Below, piece after piece: positions 1 through 10,180 of a stretch of 64,000 nt of DNA. Source of the DNA: Crocinitomicaceae bacterium (lineage in GTDB: Bacteria > Bacteroidota > Bacteroidia > Flavobacteriales_D > Crocinitomicaceae); NCBI GenBank assembly GCA_044376455.1, contig JBIPMW010000308.1, positions 8,527-72,526 on the forward strand, given 5' to 3'. A model generated the notes under the pieces. It was not told where the DNA came from. It made no database searches and saw nothing but the letters and a program-made list of their open reading frames with translations. The translations under genes were made by a program, and so were the position numbers. The first letter of the stretch is position 1. Each line of letters begins with the position of its first letter.

Positions 1-3000
1 AGGGCATTAGTAAAGAAGTTACCTACTGGCCCGATAATTGCATTAAATACTGACTCAAAAGCTTGAGTTATTGGCTTGGTAAATCCGTCAATAGCTAATG
101 TTAGAGCATCAATAGCAGGCTTGGTAATACCCTCAACAAATTTAGTCACGACATTTAATCCAAGACTACCAAAAGCCGATTCTATTCCCTTTCCTTCTCT
201 AATGTCAGAAAAGAAGCTTTCAGCTGCGCCACGATTCGGAGAAGCGTCTAATGCTACTCGTTCTAATCTTAATTCTGCAAGTTTTTCCCATTCTGATCGG
301 ATATTAGCTACATATTCAGCGTATTGTGGTAAGTCTTTATAAGGCTCTAAGAAATCCTCTAGTTCTTCTTTGTCTTTTTGTAGGCTAATACGTTCAGTGA
401 GGATAGCAGAATCATCAAATAGAGTCGGTCGGGATTGATTTTCTAATTTCATTCTCTGAATAGTTAAATCATTTAACCGGTCGCGAATACTTCTGACTGT
501 ATCTCTGGTTCTTCTAAATGATGCTTCTAAGGTAGCTACTCCCTGATTTTTGCCTAATTGTTCAATCGCTTGATCGAGAATTCCTACCCGTTCTTTGGCT
601 AATTCAGCGTTTTTAGCTAAAATCTCGATAGCTTTTGTCGTTTCTTCCACAACTGATATGGGAGTATTAGGATTTATTTCTAATTCTTTTCGCAACTCAT
701 CTTTCATTACCTCGCTTCGTTTTTTCATAGCGTCGGCATTTAAAAGCAAGGTCCGTCGCTGGTCTTCTAGTGATTCAATTTGAGAGCGATATTGTCGAGA
801 GACTTCTGTAGCACTTTTATTAATTTCCTCTTGTACTGTCAGATACCCTTTAGAGTTAATAGTCAAGTCAGCGACATTTTCAGAAGCATCTCTTAAGGTA
901 CGTTCTAATGTACGAGTATCTTCCTCTTGTTGCTGTCTAAATTTTATTAATCTATCAAGAGCATTATTTAGATTTTGTTGCTCTTCTAATCGTCTTAAAA
1001 ACTCTTGACTGTTTTGTTCGGCTGTTTCAGCTGCGCGAATTTGACCAGCCGCATCGCCAAGATTAGCCGTAGGGAGGTTAGGAACGGGAGGTAAATTAGG
1101 ATTCTGGAAGTTAATCAGATTATCTTTAGGAACCGGCGGTAAATCAGCATCCCAGAAATTATCTTGGTTTTGATTGGGTAAAGTCGGTAATTGGGCTATA
1201 GACGGGGGAGATGGTAACTCTTGAGTTATAGATGGAGAACTACTAAATTCTGGGCCACCTTGACCGCCTTGACCGCCGCGACTTGTTTGTTTGCCGTCAA
1301 GATCGACAAACATTGAATTAGCTCCTGATTGAACTACCCAGTTAGCGATTTTTGCGATTTGATTGGGATCGGTGAAAACAAGGCATCCAGCACTGCCAAG
1401 CTGTAAATCGTCTAAATGGAATCCGATTTGCGATCTTCCAGTAGAGAATTTTGGTTCGGCTCCTATCCACGCAGGGCCAACAGTTCCTAGTGGAATTTGG
1501 CTAGGTTTATAACTTGTAAGCTGTCCAGAATTAAATTGTCGAAGATAACGAGATGCGTGGTTAGCGTCAATAGACCAATTACCGTCAGGCAGTGGAGTTT
1601 CACTGCCACGAATATTGGTTCTATTAGTTCCAATTGCAGACTGCGTTGATGGTCTTCCTGTTACTCCTCCGATTACTGTATCTACTACTTTTCCGTTTTT
1701 GATTAAATCAAATTGGAGTATCTCTAATCCTTCTGGTGTTCTCCGTCCAGACTTTCTTACTAGGATATTTGATCCTTTTTGTAGATTTTGTGGTAATTGT
1801 AATGATGCACTAGGAACAACTGGACTTTGAGAGGGGACATTAGCACCCTGACCACCTTGATTTCTCCTGATTTGTCGAACGCGGTTTACTGCTCCAGTGT
1901 TAGCAGGACTGTCATTGTATTGCAGTGCTTCTAGTTCGGCTGTAGTACGGGTGGCATTTGGTTGATATTTTCGTAAAGACTGTTGATAAAAATTTAACAA
2001 GTCTTCCATCCGTTTCATACCTTGTCCTGGGTAATTAGCCCCTGGGAAAGATGCCCATTCTTTGCTGACTGCGTTAATTACTCCACGAATATCTCCTTCA
2101 AGAAGCTCATCTAACCCACCTCGCATTGAAATACGGCTTAATGCTAGTAAGTCCTGAGAGATAGGAGAGAAGTCTTTTAGCCCTAATTTTACTTTTTCTT
2201 CATCCCATACAAAATTCAGTGCTTGGTATCTTCCAGCTGCAGTGGAAGTAGTGTTACCAAAAGGAACGTGAATATTTGGGTGAGTTGCTAAAGAACTAAA
2301 TTGTCCATGACCAAAAAGGGTGTTATATCCCTTATTTGGCATATTGGCAGTACCTTCTGCATAAGCAATAGTATCAAGAAAAGCTTTGACGCGAGGATTG
2401 TCTAAATGCTGAGATAATTCTTGACCTCGGCGTGTTAATCTATTAGGATTTGACGGCAACTGTGACGGTGGCGGAGGTAAAAAACTCCCCCCATTCCACA
2501 CAGGAGCAGGGATAAAATTACTGGGAGCCGGTAATATTAAACCTTCCTTAGCTTTTCTGATTGCCTCAGCAGTTTCCTCTATACTTTTTACTAAGTCTTC
2601 CCCAGAAGTCTTGATATTTGGGGGAATAGCTACTAACTCAGAATTAATTAATTTAATCGGTTCTGGGAGTGTATTGAGATTTGTGACAATATCCTTGATT
2701 GATTGGGGAATAAAGCCTAATTCTTTATTGGTTTGTCGGATTAAATCAGCTAAAGTGCGATTAAGGTTTTCTTGAGTTCGTTTAATATCTTCAATCGTTC
2801 TTAGTCGGTTTCTTTCAGCATCTTGCTGTTGCTCCTGTAAGTTACGGATATTTCTTAAGGTAGAGATATAGGAAGTTTCTATCTCCTCGGTTCGGGATTG
2901 GAAGGTACGACCGCGACTAGCAATGTCAGCCTGACCCTGTACAAATTCTAGGAAAATGTCACCTAACTCTTTACCAGCATCGCTTGTACCGGGTATTAAT

Positions 3001-6000
3001 AAACGGTTTTTGACTTGCTGTACCCTGATTCTATCGGTTGCGTCCAGTAGCTGATTTTGAGCATTTAAGAGGTTCTTGTCAAGTTCCCTGACTAAATCAC
3101 TGTAACTTTCAGATAGGGAACGATTCTCTTTAAATGCTGACAGTTGAGCGTCTTCAATCTGTCTTCTGTAATCTTCAATCTGACGATTAAAATCTATTAT
3201 CTGACGGTCAAGGTTGCGGTAATAGTCTTGTAGTGAGGTTTGTTGCTGTAACAAATTAGCACGGGCTTGTTCTAGGGCTAATCGGGTATTATCAACCTCT
3301 TGCTGAATTACATTAGGGTCGTCCGATGCACTTTCTAATCGATGATAAGCCTCTTCTAATAGTCTCTCTTGGTTGCGAACTTCTGATAGGGCATCCCGAT
3401 AAGAAGCAACTGGACCACCTAAAGGTAATTGTCTCAGAGTAGCAATTCTCTCGTTAACATTAGCTCCCACTATTGATGCTTGTCTAGCATTTCTTGCACG
3501 CTCTCTTCTAGCGTTAGCAATTTCTAGTTCTGTATCGACAATTGATTTATCAATAGTTAAAGTTTGTCGTCTAATAGATGCTTGCTGTTTAGCTGCTTCT
3601 AATACCTGTTTTAATTCAAAAGGAGCTTGGTCTCCCAACTGTTGTAACCGATCACCTATAGCTTCTGGTGACACGATTCCTTGCTGTAGTGCCGTTCTAA
3701 AATCTAGTCCGTTTAATTCAGGCATTAACTCAGTTATTCGCTGATTAATCTGATCCGTTAATGTGTTTTGTAATTCTTTTTCTTTGGTTGCTAGTAATTC
3801 ATTAAGTGAATTAAACTGATCCTTGACAATAGATAGGCTCTGTTCTCTAATAACCAAATCTATTTCAAATCGCTTAAGATTACCAGATAAAACTTGTCGT
3901 TTAATATTTGTTTCAGATAAAATAGTCCGTCCGTTAGAGATAAATTCAATATTAGATAAAGCTCTTGCTACTTTATTTATCTGTTCTGTTAATCGTTGGT
4001 AGTTAACTAAATTTTCTTTGACTGCTTCGTTGTATTTTTCTTGTGATTCTTTTAATTTTCTAAGTTGAGCTTCAGCGACTTCTAACTGAATACTAGCATT
4101 ATCTTTTTGGAACTTAGAAGACTCTGGATCATCTAAGACTTTTTTGATTGCTGTAATTCTTTCTTCTGTAGATGCTATCTCGTTAACAATAAGCCCAATT
4201 TGAGGGAAGTATTTTTCCGTCAAAGCTTGTATTTCTTGATTTACTTTTGCAATTTCTTGACGAACAGATGTAGCTTTTTTAACGTCAGCATCTCCACTGG
4301 CTATAATTTCATCTACCTTGAGGTCTTTTGCTTTTTGCCGCAATGTGTCAAGTTTACCCGTAAATTCGGTAATTCTTGTATCACTAAATGTATCAGTTGA
4401 TAATCTTAAGATTTGTGTCGTATCACTTAGTCCTCCCGCAGTAAACTCTAAACTTTTATCTTTTTCTCTGTTGTTTTTAAATTGCTGAATTGCGGTTGCA
4501 CTATCAGTTATAACAGTAGAAGTAGGTAAAGGTTTTTCTAGTAATCGTCTCAATTCTTGTAACGATTCTTGAGTTGATTTAAGGGATCGTTTAGACTCTT
4601 CGGAGCCTGCGTTGATGTATTGATAAAGCCCTTTAAAAGCTTCCATTACACCAAAGATTAATGCAGTCCATCCTAATCCTTTAAGTAGTCCTACTCCAAT
4701 CTGAGATATTGCCCCACCAGTAGTTTTAGCTGTAACTCCTAATGCTTTTAGTGTTAAGTCTATAAGTCCGAGATTTTTTAGAACCATCACAAAACTGCCA
4801 ACAGTAACAATACTAATAGATGTTAATACAGTAGCTAACGACTGACCATGTTTCGTTAATATTTCTAGTCCTTTTGTTATTAATGGTAATCCTAATTTAG
4901 AAGCGTTTAATAAAGATTCGCCTAATGAAATGCGAAGCAATTCTATCTGATTTTGAACTCTGGCAACTTGAGCAAAAGCAGTATCATCAATAACACTAAG
5001 TCCACCAGCACTTTCTAAGTTAATCTGTGTAGCTAGTTTAGGTAGCAAATCTTCTGCTAAAATAGATCCTGATTCAACTAATTTAATAAATTCTTGAGAA
5101 GTCAATCCCATAGAACGAGCAGCAATCTGTAACGCGCCTGGCATTGCTTCACCTAACTGAGAGTTAAGTTCTTCCATTGAAACACGACCTTTACTAGCTA
5201 TCTGAGTAATAGCTAGTAAAGCTCTATCTTGCTGTTGAGAACTAGCACCTCTAGTAGCCAATCCTAACGTTATCCCTTCAAAAATTTTATCTTTTTGAAA
5301 CTCTAATGGCGTATTTATTGTAGAAGCACTAAACTGCTGATAATTTTTGGCAGAAGATAAAAATGATAGCCCTAATCGGTCAGCTTGTATCTTTAATTTA
5401 GCAAGAGAAGATTCAGCATTTTCAGTTGAAAAATCTAAGGCTGTTTCAAGCCGCTCCATGTTTAATGCTGCTTCAAAAGAATCAGTGGTAAATTGTCGAA
5501 AAAACATACTGGCTTGCTGAAGAATTTGAAAACCAGCAAAAGCTGATAATAGTGTTCTTGCTCCGAGCAAGACTCGTTTAATAGGTTCAGGCAAGTTATT
5601 TAACTGATTTTTAATTACTTCAAATACCTTACCTATTTTTTGTAATTGAGTAGGATTGTCTATATTCTGAATTATCTTGCTTGCCGATTTTGCCTGTTTA
5701 TTTGGTTCGGGTTCGGGATCAGATGAAGCAACAGGTCGGTTAATAGGGGGAATAGGAGGTATTCCACCACCTGATGATTGTGGATGAGGAAAAAACGGAT
5801 CGATGTTTACAGGATTTTTAGTCGCCAAATAAAGATTCTCTATCATATTTTTAGCAATGATAGCCATCGTCGCTTGTAAATCTTTTTCTTTCGACTTAAT
5901 CCCTTTAATTTCACCTTCAACTATATTTTTTCCTATTTTTTCAAATTCTTTAGAAGGCGACTGTATTTTATTGATTTGTTTAGTTATTTCTAGTGGAATA

Positions 6001-8699
6001 GAGGCAATGTCTATTGAAACAGTCTCAAGTTCTGCTAGTTTACTATTTAATCCTTGCATTAATCCAGAGACAATACTAGAGCCAGCATCAGCCATTTCTG
6101 GTATTACTTGAGATTTAACGTTAATAGCGTCAAGAATTTCTTTGTTTACACCTAATTTTTTTAAATCATAAATAGGATTAACATTTTCGGCAGATTCTTT
6201 AAGTTGAGTAAGGTTTCCTTTTAATGATGCCAATGGATGTCCAAATCTTTCGTTTTTTGGCACTTTAGCTAATAAATTATTAACTCGATCAATAGCATCT
6301 TGAGACGCTTTTCTTAAAGTGTTAGCATTTTGAATAACATAAGAGACTTCACGTTGAATGTCTTCAATTCTAAGGTTTTTAGCAATTGTCTGTTTATCAA
6401 TCTTGCTTAACTGTGGAGGAGTCGGTATTTTGGCTTCTGGATTGTCGGTCTGCTCGTATTTAATTAATGCTTGCTCGTATTCTGTTTGTTTTTTAAGAAA
6501 TGATGCTCGTTTTTTTTCTGGTAATAAATTTAGATAATTTGAATTAACACCACTACCAAACATTTTTAATTGAGGTGTTACTCCTGTTAATTGAGTTTGT
6601 ATATCTTTTGTTAATGAAGAAATAATTGATCCTAAGAGTGTAGGGTCAATTATTTCTTTTGGCTGAAATTGTGCAATACGCTCAAGTAATTTTTCAACAA
6701 TTTCTTTAGGCACATTTTCTGTAATTTTAGTAATTTTTAATGCAATTTTTGCTAATTGTTCTTTTGGTACAAGAGTATTTATATTTGTTATGTCTATTTT
6801 AGAAAAATCTCGTAAAATAGGATCGTTTTGCAGTCTTTTGCTTTGATTTACTCTTGCTTGTAAATTTTTTAAATTTTGATTTATTCTATTTTGAGCTTGT
6901 ATTGCGGGTGAATCATCATATTCAGCGTTTTGGGCTTCTTTTTGAAGTTGCTCTAAATCTTGCTGAATTAACTCGCTTCCAATAATTATAGATTTAGCGT
7001 ATTGAATAGATTGTGAAATACTATGCTGAAATAGATTATCAAACGTACCTAAAGTAGTTGTCAATCTTTGTTCAATTTGTTTACTTATTTGAGCAACCTG
7101 TTCATTCTGTTTTAAATTAAACTTTAAGTTTGGCTCAACAATTTTCCTAGAAGAAATTTGCGCCACTAAACGATTGTCTTCTCCTTCAGGAACAAACCCA
7201 AATCGTTGATAAATTGATCCCCGTCTTTTTCCTTTTTGATCTACATTTTCTGGCGATGCAGTTAATATAGCTTCATTAGTATTGCTTACAAACTTATTAA
7301 AAAACTCAGACACAGAGTTTTTTAGTTGAATTACTTCTTTTTTTGTTAATTGCGCTGCATCTCCTAGACTAGAAAACCGAGAATCTAGAGAAAAAGCAAT
7401 TTCATAAATATCTTGCCCAACACCAGGTATTGATTGTTTTGGTGTGGCTGTAAATCCGATCACTCGACCACCTACATTGTCGGTTCCAATATATTTACCT
7501 TCATCGTTAACAAAAAATGATTTATGATTTTCTCTTGCAATCAATCTAAATCCTTGTTCAATAATTTTTTGCTCTGATACTGCTTGCTTTAAAGCTCCGA
7601 TAAATTCTGCGCTACTTCCCTCTAAAGCTTTTTGAGTTTTCAAAAGAGAGTGAGATTGTTTAATAATTTGTAAAAAATCTTTTCCACTAAAAGCAATTGT
7701 TATTTTTAATAAATCTGCTAAATCTTTAGTAAGCTCACCTAAGTCATTTTCGGAAGATATAAGGTTTAATAACTCTGTTAGTGAAGTTATTGCTTTTTGA
7801 GATGCTTCTGGAAATTTTGAAAATTCGCCACTTCCTAAAACACTGAGCATATTTTGAAAACTTGCTATCGAATTATCTATAGATTTTTGAGTATAAGGAT
7901 TATTATTAGAAACTCCTATCTTGGTTTGTATTTTTTGGAAAGTTTCTGATGCAGTTAATATTCGTTCTCCAATCGGTTTATCTCTGCCTGTTATTTTATC
8001 TATTTTTATTTGTAAAGTATCAACAAGTTTATTTAATACTGGTTGAACAAACTGTACAGAACTAGCAGTTATATCTCCAGTTTTTTGCCCAGCAGATTCA
8101 AAGTTAAATCCAGTTTTTCTAGTAAAACTTTGTTCAAATCCTTGACTAAAACTTTTAGTCAAATTAAATCCAATTCCTTGTATTAAAGAATTGCTTATAG
8201 TTCCAATAGCTGTAGGCTTTAATCTAGAAACAGCTTTAACAACTTCTCTGATTTCTTTTGTAACCGCTTTAATTTCTGTTAATAATTCAAGATTTGCATT
8301 TTTGATAGATACTTCTACTGTTTGTTTAATCTCATTAGAATATTTTTGGCTAGAACTTTTAGACTGAACTTTCGCCTGAACTATAACTGTTTTGTTTGCT
8401 ATTTCTTGTAGTTCACTGTCATCAACTTTAATCTTGATAACTTTTTTACTAACTTGATCAATGTGTTTTCCTTTTTCTGATAAATGTTTATTTAAACCGT
8501 GTAATGGACGGTGATCTACTGACGGAACAATTGTTAGCTTAGGAATACTTTGTTTAAGAGACCATTCCATGTCTCTAGTGATTTTTTGGGCATAATCCTC
8601 TAAGGAAGAAAGCTGGTCTTTAGCCGATTTGATACCACTATCATATTGGGCTGTATTTAGCCCTAGACCGATTTCTAAAGTACCAAGTGATAAAGACAT
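1..8699 (-). CDS. tape measure protein, partial (C-terminus beyond window start; at least 2899 aa)
   Basis: The minus-strand frame is unbroken from ATG 8699-8697 (overlapping the upstream TAA as TAATG) to the window edge. It is absent from the ORF track because it has no in-window stop. N-terminus MSLSLGTLEIGLGLNTAQYDSGIKSAKDQL. Long Q/E/K/L-rich helical stretches. It lies directly after the chaperone frameshift pair. Confidence 0.85.
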   Translation of the reverse strand, partial: MSLSLGTLEIGLGLNTAQYDSGIKSAKDQLSSLEDYAQKITRDMEWSLKQSIPKLTIVPSVDHRPLHGLNKHLSEKGKHIDQVSKKVIKIKVDDSELQEIANKTVIVQAKVQSKSSSQKYSNEIKQTVEVSIKNANLELLTEIKAVTKEIREVVKAVSRLKPTAIGTISNSLIQGIGFNLTKSFSQGFEQSFTRKTGFNFESAGQKTGDITASSVQFVQPVLNKLVDTLQIKIDKITGRDKPIGERILTASETFQKIQTKIGVSNNNPYTQKSIDNSIASFQNMLSVLGSGEFSKFPEASQKAITSLTELLNLISSENDLGELTKDLADLLKITIAFSGKDFLQIIKQSHSLLKTQKALEGSSAEFIGALKQAVSEQKIIEQGFRLIARENHKSFFVNDEGKYIGTDNVGGRVIGFTATPKQSIPGVGQDIYEIAFSLDSRFSSLGDAAQLTKKEVIQLKNSVSEFFNKFVSNTNEAILTASPENVDQKGKRRGSIYQRFGFVPEGEDNRLVAQISSRKIVEPNLKFNLKQNEQVAQISKQIEQRLTTTLGTFDNLFQHSISQSIQYAKSIIIGSELIQQDLEQLQKEAQNAEYDDSPAIQAQNRINQNLKNLQARVNQSKRLQNDPILRDFSKIDITNINTLVPKEQLAKIALKITKITENVPKEIVEKLLERIAQFQPKEIIDPTLLGSIISSLTKDIQTQLTGVTPQLKMFGSGVNSNYLNLLPEKKRASFLKKQTEYEQALIKYEQTDNPEAKIPTPPQLSKIDKQTIAKNLRIEDIQREVSYVIQNANTLRKASQDAIDRVNNLLAKVPKNERFGHPLASLKGNLTQLKESAENVNPIYDLKKLGVNKEILDAINVKSQVIPEMADAGSSIVSGLMQGLNSKLAELETVSIDIASIPLEITKQINKIQSPSKEFEKIGKNIVEGEIKGIKSKEKDLQATMAIIAKNMIENLYLATKNPVNIDPFFPHPQSSGGGIPPIPPINRPVASSDPEPEPNKQAKSASKIIQNIDNPTQLQKIGKVFEVIKNQLNNLPEPIKRVLLGARTLLSAFAGFQILQQASMFFRQFTTDSFEAALNMERLETALDFSTENAESSLAKLKIQADRLGLSFLSSAKNYQQFSASTINTPLEFQKDKIFEGITLGLATRGASSQQQDRALLAITQIASKGRVSMEELNSQLGEAMPGALQIAARSMGLTSQEFIKLVESGSILAEDLLPKLATQINLESAGGLSVIDDTAFAQVARVQNQIELLRISLGESLLNASKLGLPLITKGLEILTKHGQSLATVLTSISIVTVGSFVMVLKNLGLIDLTLKALGVTAKTTGGAISQIGVGLLKGLGWTALIFGVMEAFKGLYQYINAGSEESKRSLKSTQESLQELRRLLEKPLPTSTVITDSATAIQQFKNNREKDKSLEFTAGGLSDTTQILRLSTDTFSDTRITEFTGKLDTLRQKAKDLKVDEIIASGDADVKKATSVRQEIAKVNQEIQALTEKYFPQIGLIVNEIASTEERITAIKKVLDDPESSKFQKDNASIQLEVAEAQLRKLKESQEKYNEAVKENLVNYQRLTEQINKVARALSNIEFISNGRTILSETNIKRQVLSGNLKRFEIDLVIREQSLSIVKDQFNSLNELLATKEKELQNTLTDQINQRITELMPELNGLDFRTALQQGIVSPEAIGDRLQQLGDQAPFELKQVLEAAKQQASIRRQTLTIDKSIVDTELEIANARRERARNARQASIVGANVNERIATLRQLPLGGPVASYRDALSEVRNQERLLEEAYHRLESASDDPNVIQQEVDNTRLALEQARANLLQQQTSLQDYYRNLDRQIIDFNRQIEDYRRQIEDAQLSAFKENRSLSESYSDLVRELDKNLLNAQNQLLDATDRIRVQQVKNRLLIPGTSDAGKELGDIFLEFVQGQADIASRGRTFQSRTEEIETSYISTLRNIRNLQEQQQDAERNRLRTIEDIKRTQENLNRTLADLIRQTNKELGFIPQSIKDIVTNLNTLPEPIKLINSELVAIPPNIKTSGEDLVKSIEETAEAIRKAKEGLILPAPSNFIPAPVWNGGSFLPPPPSQLPSNPNRLTRRGQELSQHLDNPRVKAFLDTIAYAEGTANMPNKGYNTLFGHGQFSSLATHPNIHVPFGNTTSTAAGRYQALNFVWDEEKVKLGLKDFSPISQDLLALSRISMRGGLDELLEGDIRGVINAVSKEWASFPGANYPGQGMKRMEDLLNFYQQSLRKYQPNATRTTAELEALQYNDSPANTGAVNRVRQIRRNQGGQGANVPSQSPVVPSASLQLPQNLQKGSNILVRKSGRRTPEGLEILQFDLIKNGKVVDTVIGGVTGRPSTQSAIGTNRTNIRGSETPLPDGNWSIDANHASRYLRQFNSGQLTSYKPSQIPLGTVGPAWIGAEPKFSTGRSQIGFHLDDLQLGSAGCLVFTDPNQIAKIANWVVQSGANSMFVDLDGKQTSRGGQGGQGGPEFSSSPSITQELPSPPSIAQLPTLPNQNQDNFWDADLPPVPKDNLINFQNPNLPPVPNLPTANLGDAAGQIRAAETAEQNSQEFLRRLEEQQNLNNALDRLIKFRQQQEEDTRTLERTLRDASENVADLTINSKGYLTVQEEINKSATEVSRQYRSQIESLEDQRRTLLLNADAMKKRSEVMKDELRKELEINPNTPISVVEETTKAIEILAKNAELAKERVGILDQAIEQLGKNQGVATLEASFRRTRDTVRSIRDRLNDLTIQRMKLENQSRPTLFDDSAILTERISLQKDKEELEDFLEPYKDLPQYAEYVANIRSEWEKLAELRLERVALDASPNRGAAESFFSDIREGKGIESAFGSLGLNVVTKFVEGITKPAIDALTLAIDGFTKPITQAFESVFNAIIGPVGNFFTNA
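1330..1765 (-). other. possible L,D-transpeptidase-fold (YkuD / DUF2778-like) domain inside tape measure protein
   Basis: The segment ...RGSETPLPDGNWSID...IGFHLDDLQLGSAGCLVFTDPNQ carries a His...Ser-x-Gly-Cys signature. This is motif-level resemblance only. Confidence 0.35.
2020..2400 (-). other. GH104 lambda-R-like lytic transglycosylase domain inside tape measure protein
   Basis: NPRVKAFLDTIAYAEGT..STAAGRYQALNFVWDEEKVKLGLKDFSPISQD..WASFPGANYPGQG matches the phage lambda R motifs KAFLDMLAWSEGT, STGAGRYQLL, LGLKDFSPKSQD and WASLPGAGYGQ. Confidence 0.8.
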
Positions 8700-9927
8700 T
8701 AGCTTTTCTCCCCTATTGATTGAATTATTTCGTCGTATAGTCCGCAATCAACTATTATCTGAGTGGCGAAGACTGGCACTTGTCCAGTTTTCATAGCTTC
8801 TAACAGAATTTGAGCGGTTTCTTGATCAAGAAAATATTTTTTATTTTCTTTAAACCGGAAAGGAAGAAAATCACTGGGTTTTGGAGGTTGAGACTGTGAT
8901 TTTTCTTTTGATTGAGCCATTAAGTAAATGTTAACCATGGCGGCAATCTGGCTAACTGTGTCCGATAGTGAATTGATCTCTTCACATTTGACTTTTTGAA
9001 TCCCTGAATATTTTTTTAGGATTAACCAGTCTGGCCACTCTTCCCACTCCTCGACAGACAGTCCCCACGCACACCATTTGTAATAGATTTCTTCCCAATT
9101 GATGGGATTAGCGATTGCTTCTAACCGCGCATTAATTGCGTCATCTATTCGTTTTTTTCGTCATCCTCCGTTGGCTCTGATTCTGATTTTTCTGGTTCTG
9201 GTTTTTCAGGTTCTGATTGCTTCCACTGGGTTATGTCCTGCCAGAGATAGTCTTGGTATAAAGCTACCATCATAAATTGAGACATATCGTTAATGTCTTG
9301 TATAGTAAAGTCAACAGAAGATTTATCTTTGAGTTTGACTACCCGACGAGGACTGCCAAGAAAATTAGCTAATAAGGCTTTATTGTAAGTTTCATAGGTT
9401 GTTTCCCGATCTTTAAATAAAGCGTTCAATTCATCAAGATAAGGTTCTACAAGTTCTATAGATTCTCTTGTTAGTTCTCTTGTTTTCTTGCGGTTGTTTA
9501 ATATCGATTGCTGTACAATAGCAGCGGTTTCTACTTTTTGTTCTACGCTGTCAGATTTTACCCCGTCAAGGGCATCAACCATGACCTGTTCAATTCGTTC
9601 TCGGATCGAACCGTCGTTAACTACTACTCCTTCAATTTCAGTAGTGGATAGTCCCGTTTTTTGCCCGATAGCTTTAATTTTTTCAAGATAAGCTTTATCA
9701 GCTTTTTCTCGTGCCTCTAAGTATTCCTTGACTGTTTCATTTTCCTTTGGATTAATCCCGTATCGTTTTAAAAACTTAATCCCAATTTCCCCATTTTCTT
9801 CGGTAGCAATTGCGTCTATTTTTTCTAATAAAGCATCATTGTCTTGGATATAATAAATCCATTCTTTTTTTAAAGGGAAAAAGAATGTTTCATTGAATTT
9901 CAGTTTACCTAATACGCTTAACTTCAT
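8699..9927 (-). CDS. tail assembly chaperone, -1 frameshift fusion product (gpGT-like, about 409 aa)
   Basis: ORF 8699-8938 is in the -1 frame relative to 9145-9927. I translated that frame and it is open all the way back to the slippery site (..EKKRIDDAINARLEAIANPINWEE..QIAAMVNIYL..). It lies immediately upstream of the tape measure gene. Confidence 0.7.
9145..9927 (-). CDS. tail assembly chaperone, frame-0 product (gpG-like, 260 aa)
   Basis: ORF between the putative tube protein and the tape measure gene. It ends 2 codons after the slippery heptamer and has an acidic C-terminus. Confidence 0.7.
   Translation of the reverse strand: MKLSVLGKLKFNETFFFPLKKEWIYYIQDNDALLEKIDAIATEENGEIGIKFLKRYGINPKENETVKEYLEAREKADKAYLEKIKAIGQKTGLSTTEIEGVVVNDGSIRERIEQVMVDALDGVKSDSVEQKVETAAIVQQSILNNRKKTRELTRESIELVEPYLDELNALFKDRETTYETYNKALLANFLGSPRRVVKLKDKSSVDFTIQDINDMSQFMMVALYQDYLWQDITQWKQSEPEKPEPEKSESEPTEDDEKNE
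9151..9157 (-). promoter_or_regulatory. programmed -1 ribosomal frameshift slippery heptamer A_AAA_AAC
   Basis: The minus strand reads GAC GAA AAA AAC GAA TAG. This fits the X_XXY_YYZ heptamer in the correct phase, two codons before the stop. Confidence 0.7.
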
Positions 9928-10180
9928 TTATTTTTACCTTTTGATTTCTTTTTGCGCTTTGTTCTGTATTGAGCCACAGAGGATCAAGGGTTACAGATAC
10001 CTGTATTCTTTCTTGGTTCTTTGTTCCGTCTGGTGGTTCGATTAATGTCTTTTCTTGTTGACTTATTTCCCGATCAAATGTACCAAGAGAAAACAAGAGG
10101 TAATTATTAATTATTTTGCAGTTAACTAACATTACCTCTTCGTTTTCATCAACAAGAAGGTTAACTTTAATTGAGGTCAT
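9905..10180 (-). CDS. hypothetical protein (tail module)
   Basis: 91-aa ORF that overlaps both neighbours by a few codons. No motif recognised. Confidence 0.5.
   Translation of the reverse strand: MTSIKVNLLVDENEEVMLVNCKIINNYLLFSLGTFDREISQQEKTLIEPPDGTKNQERIQVSVTLDPLWLNTEQSAKRNQKVKINEVKRIR

Noticed and set aside
76-6111. Plus-strand ORFs 76-342, 595-783, 1615-1830, 4200-4400 and 5857-6111 could be genes.
   Set aside because: All are antisense to the continuous tape measure reading frame. They are short and low-complexity, so they are treated as spurious.
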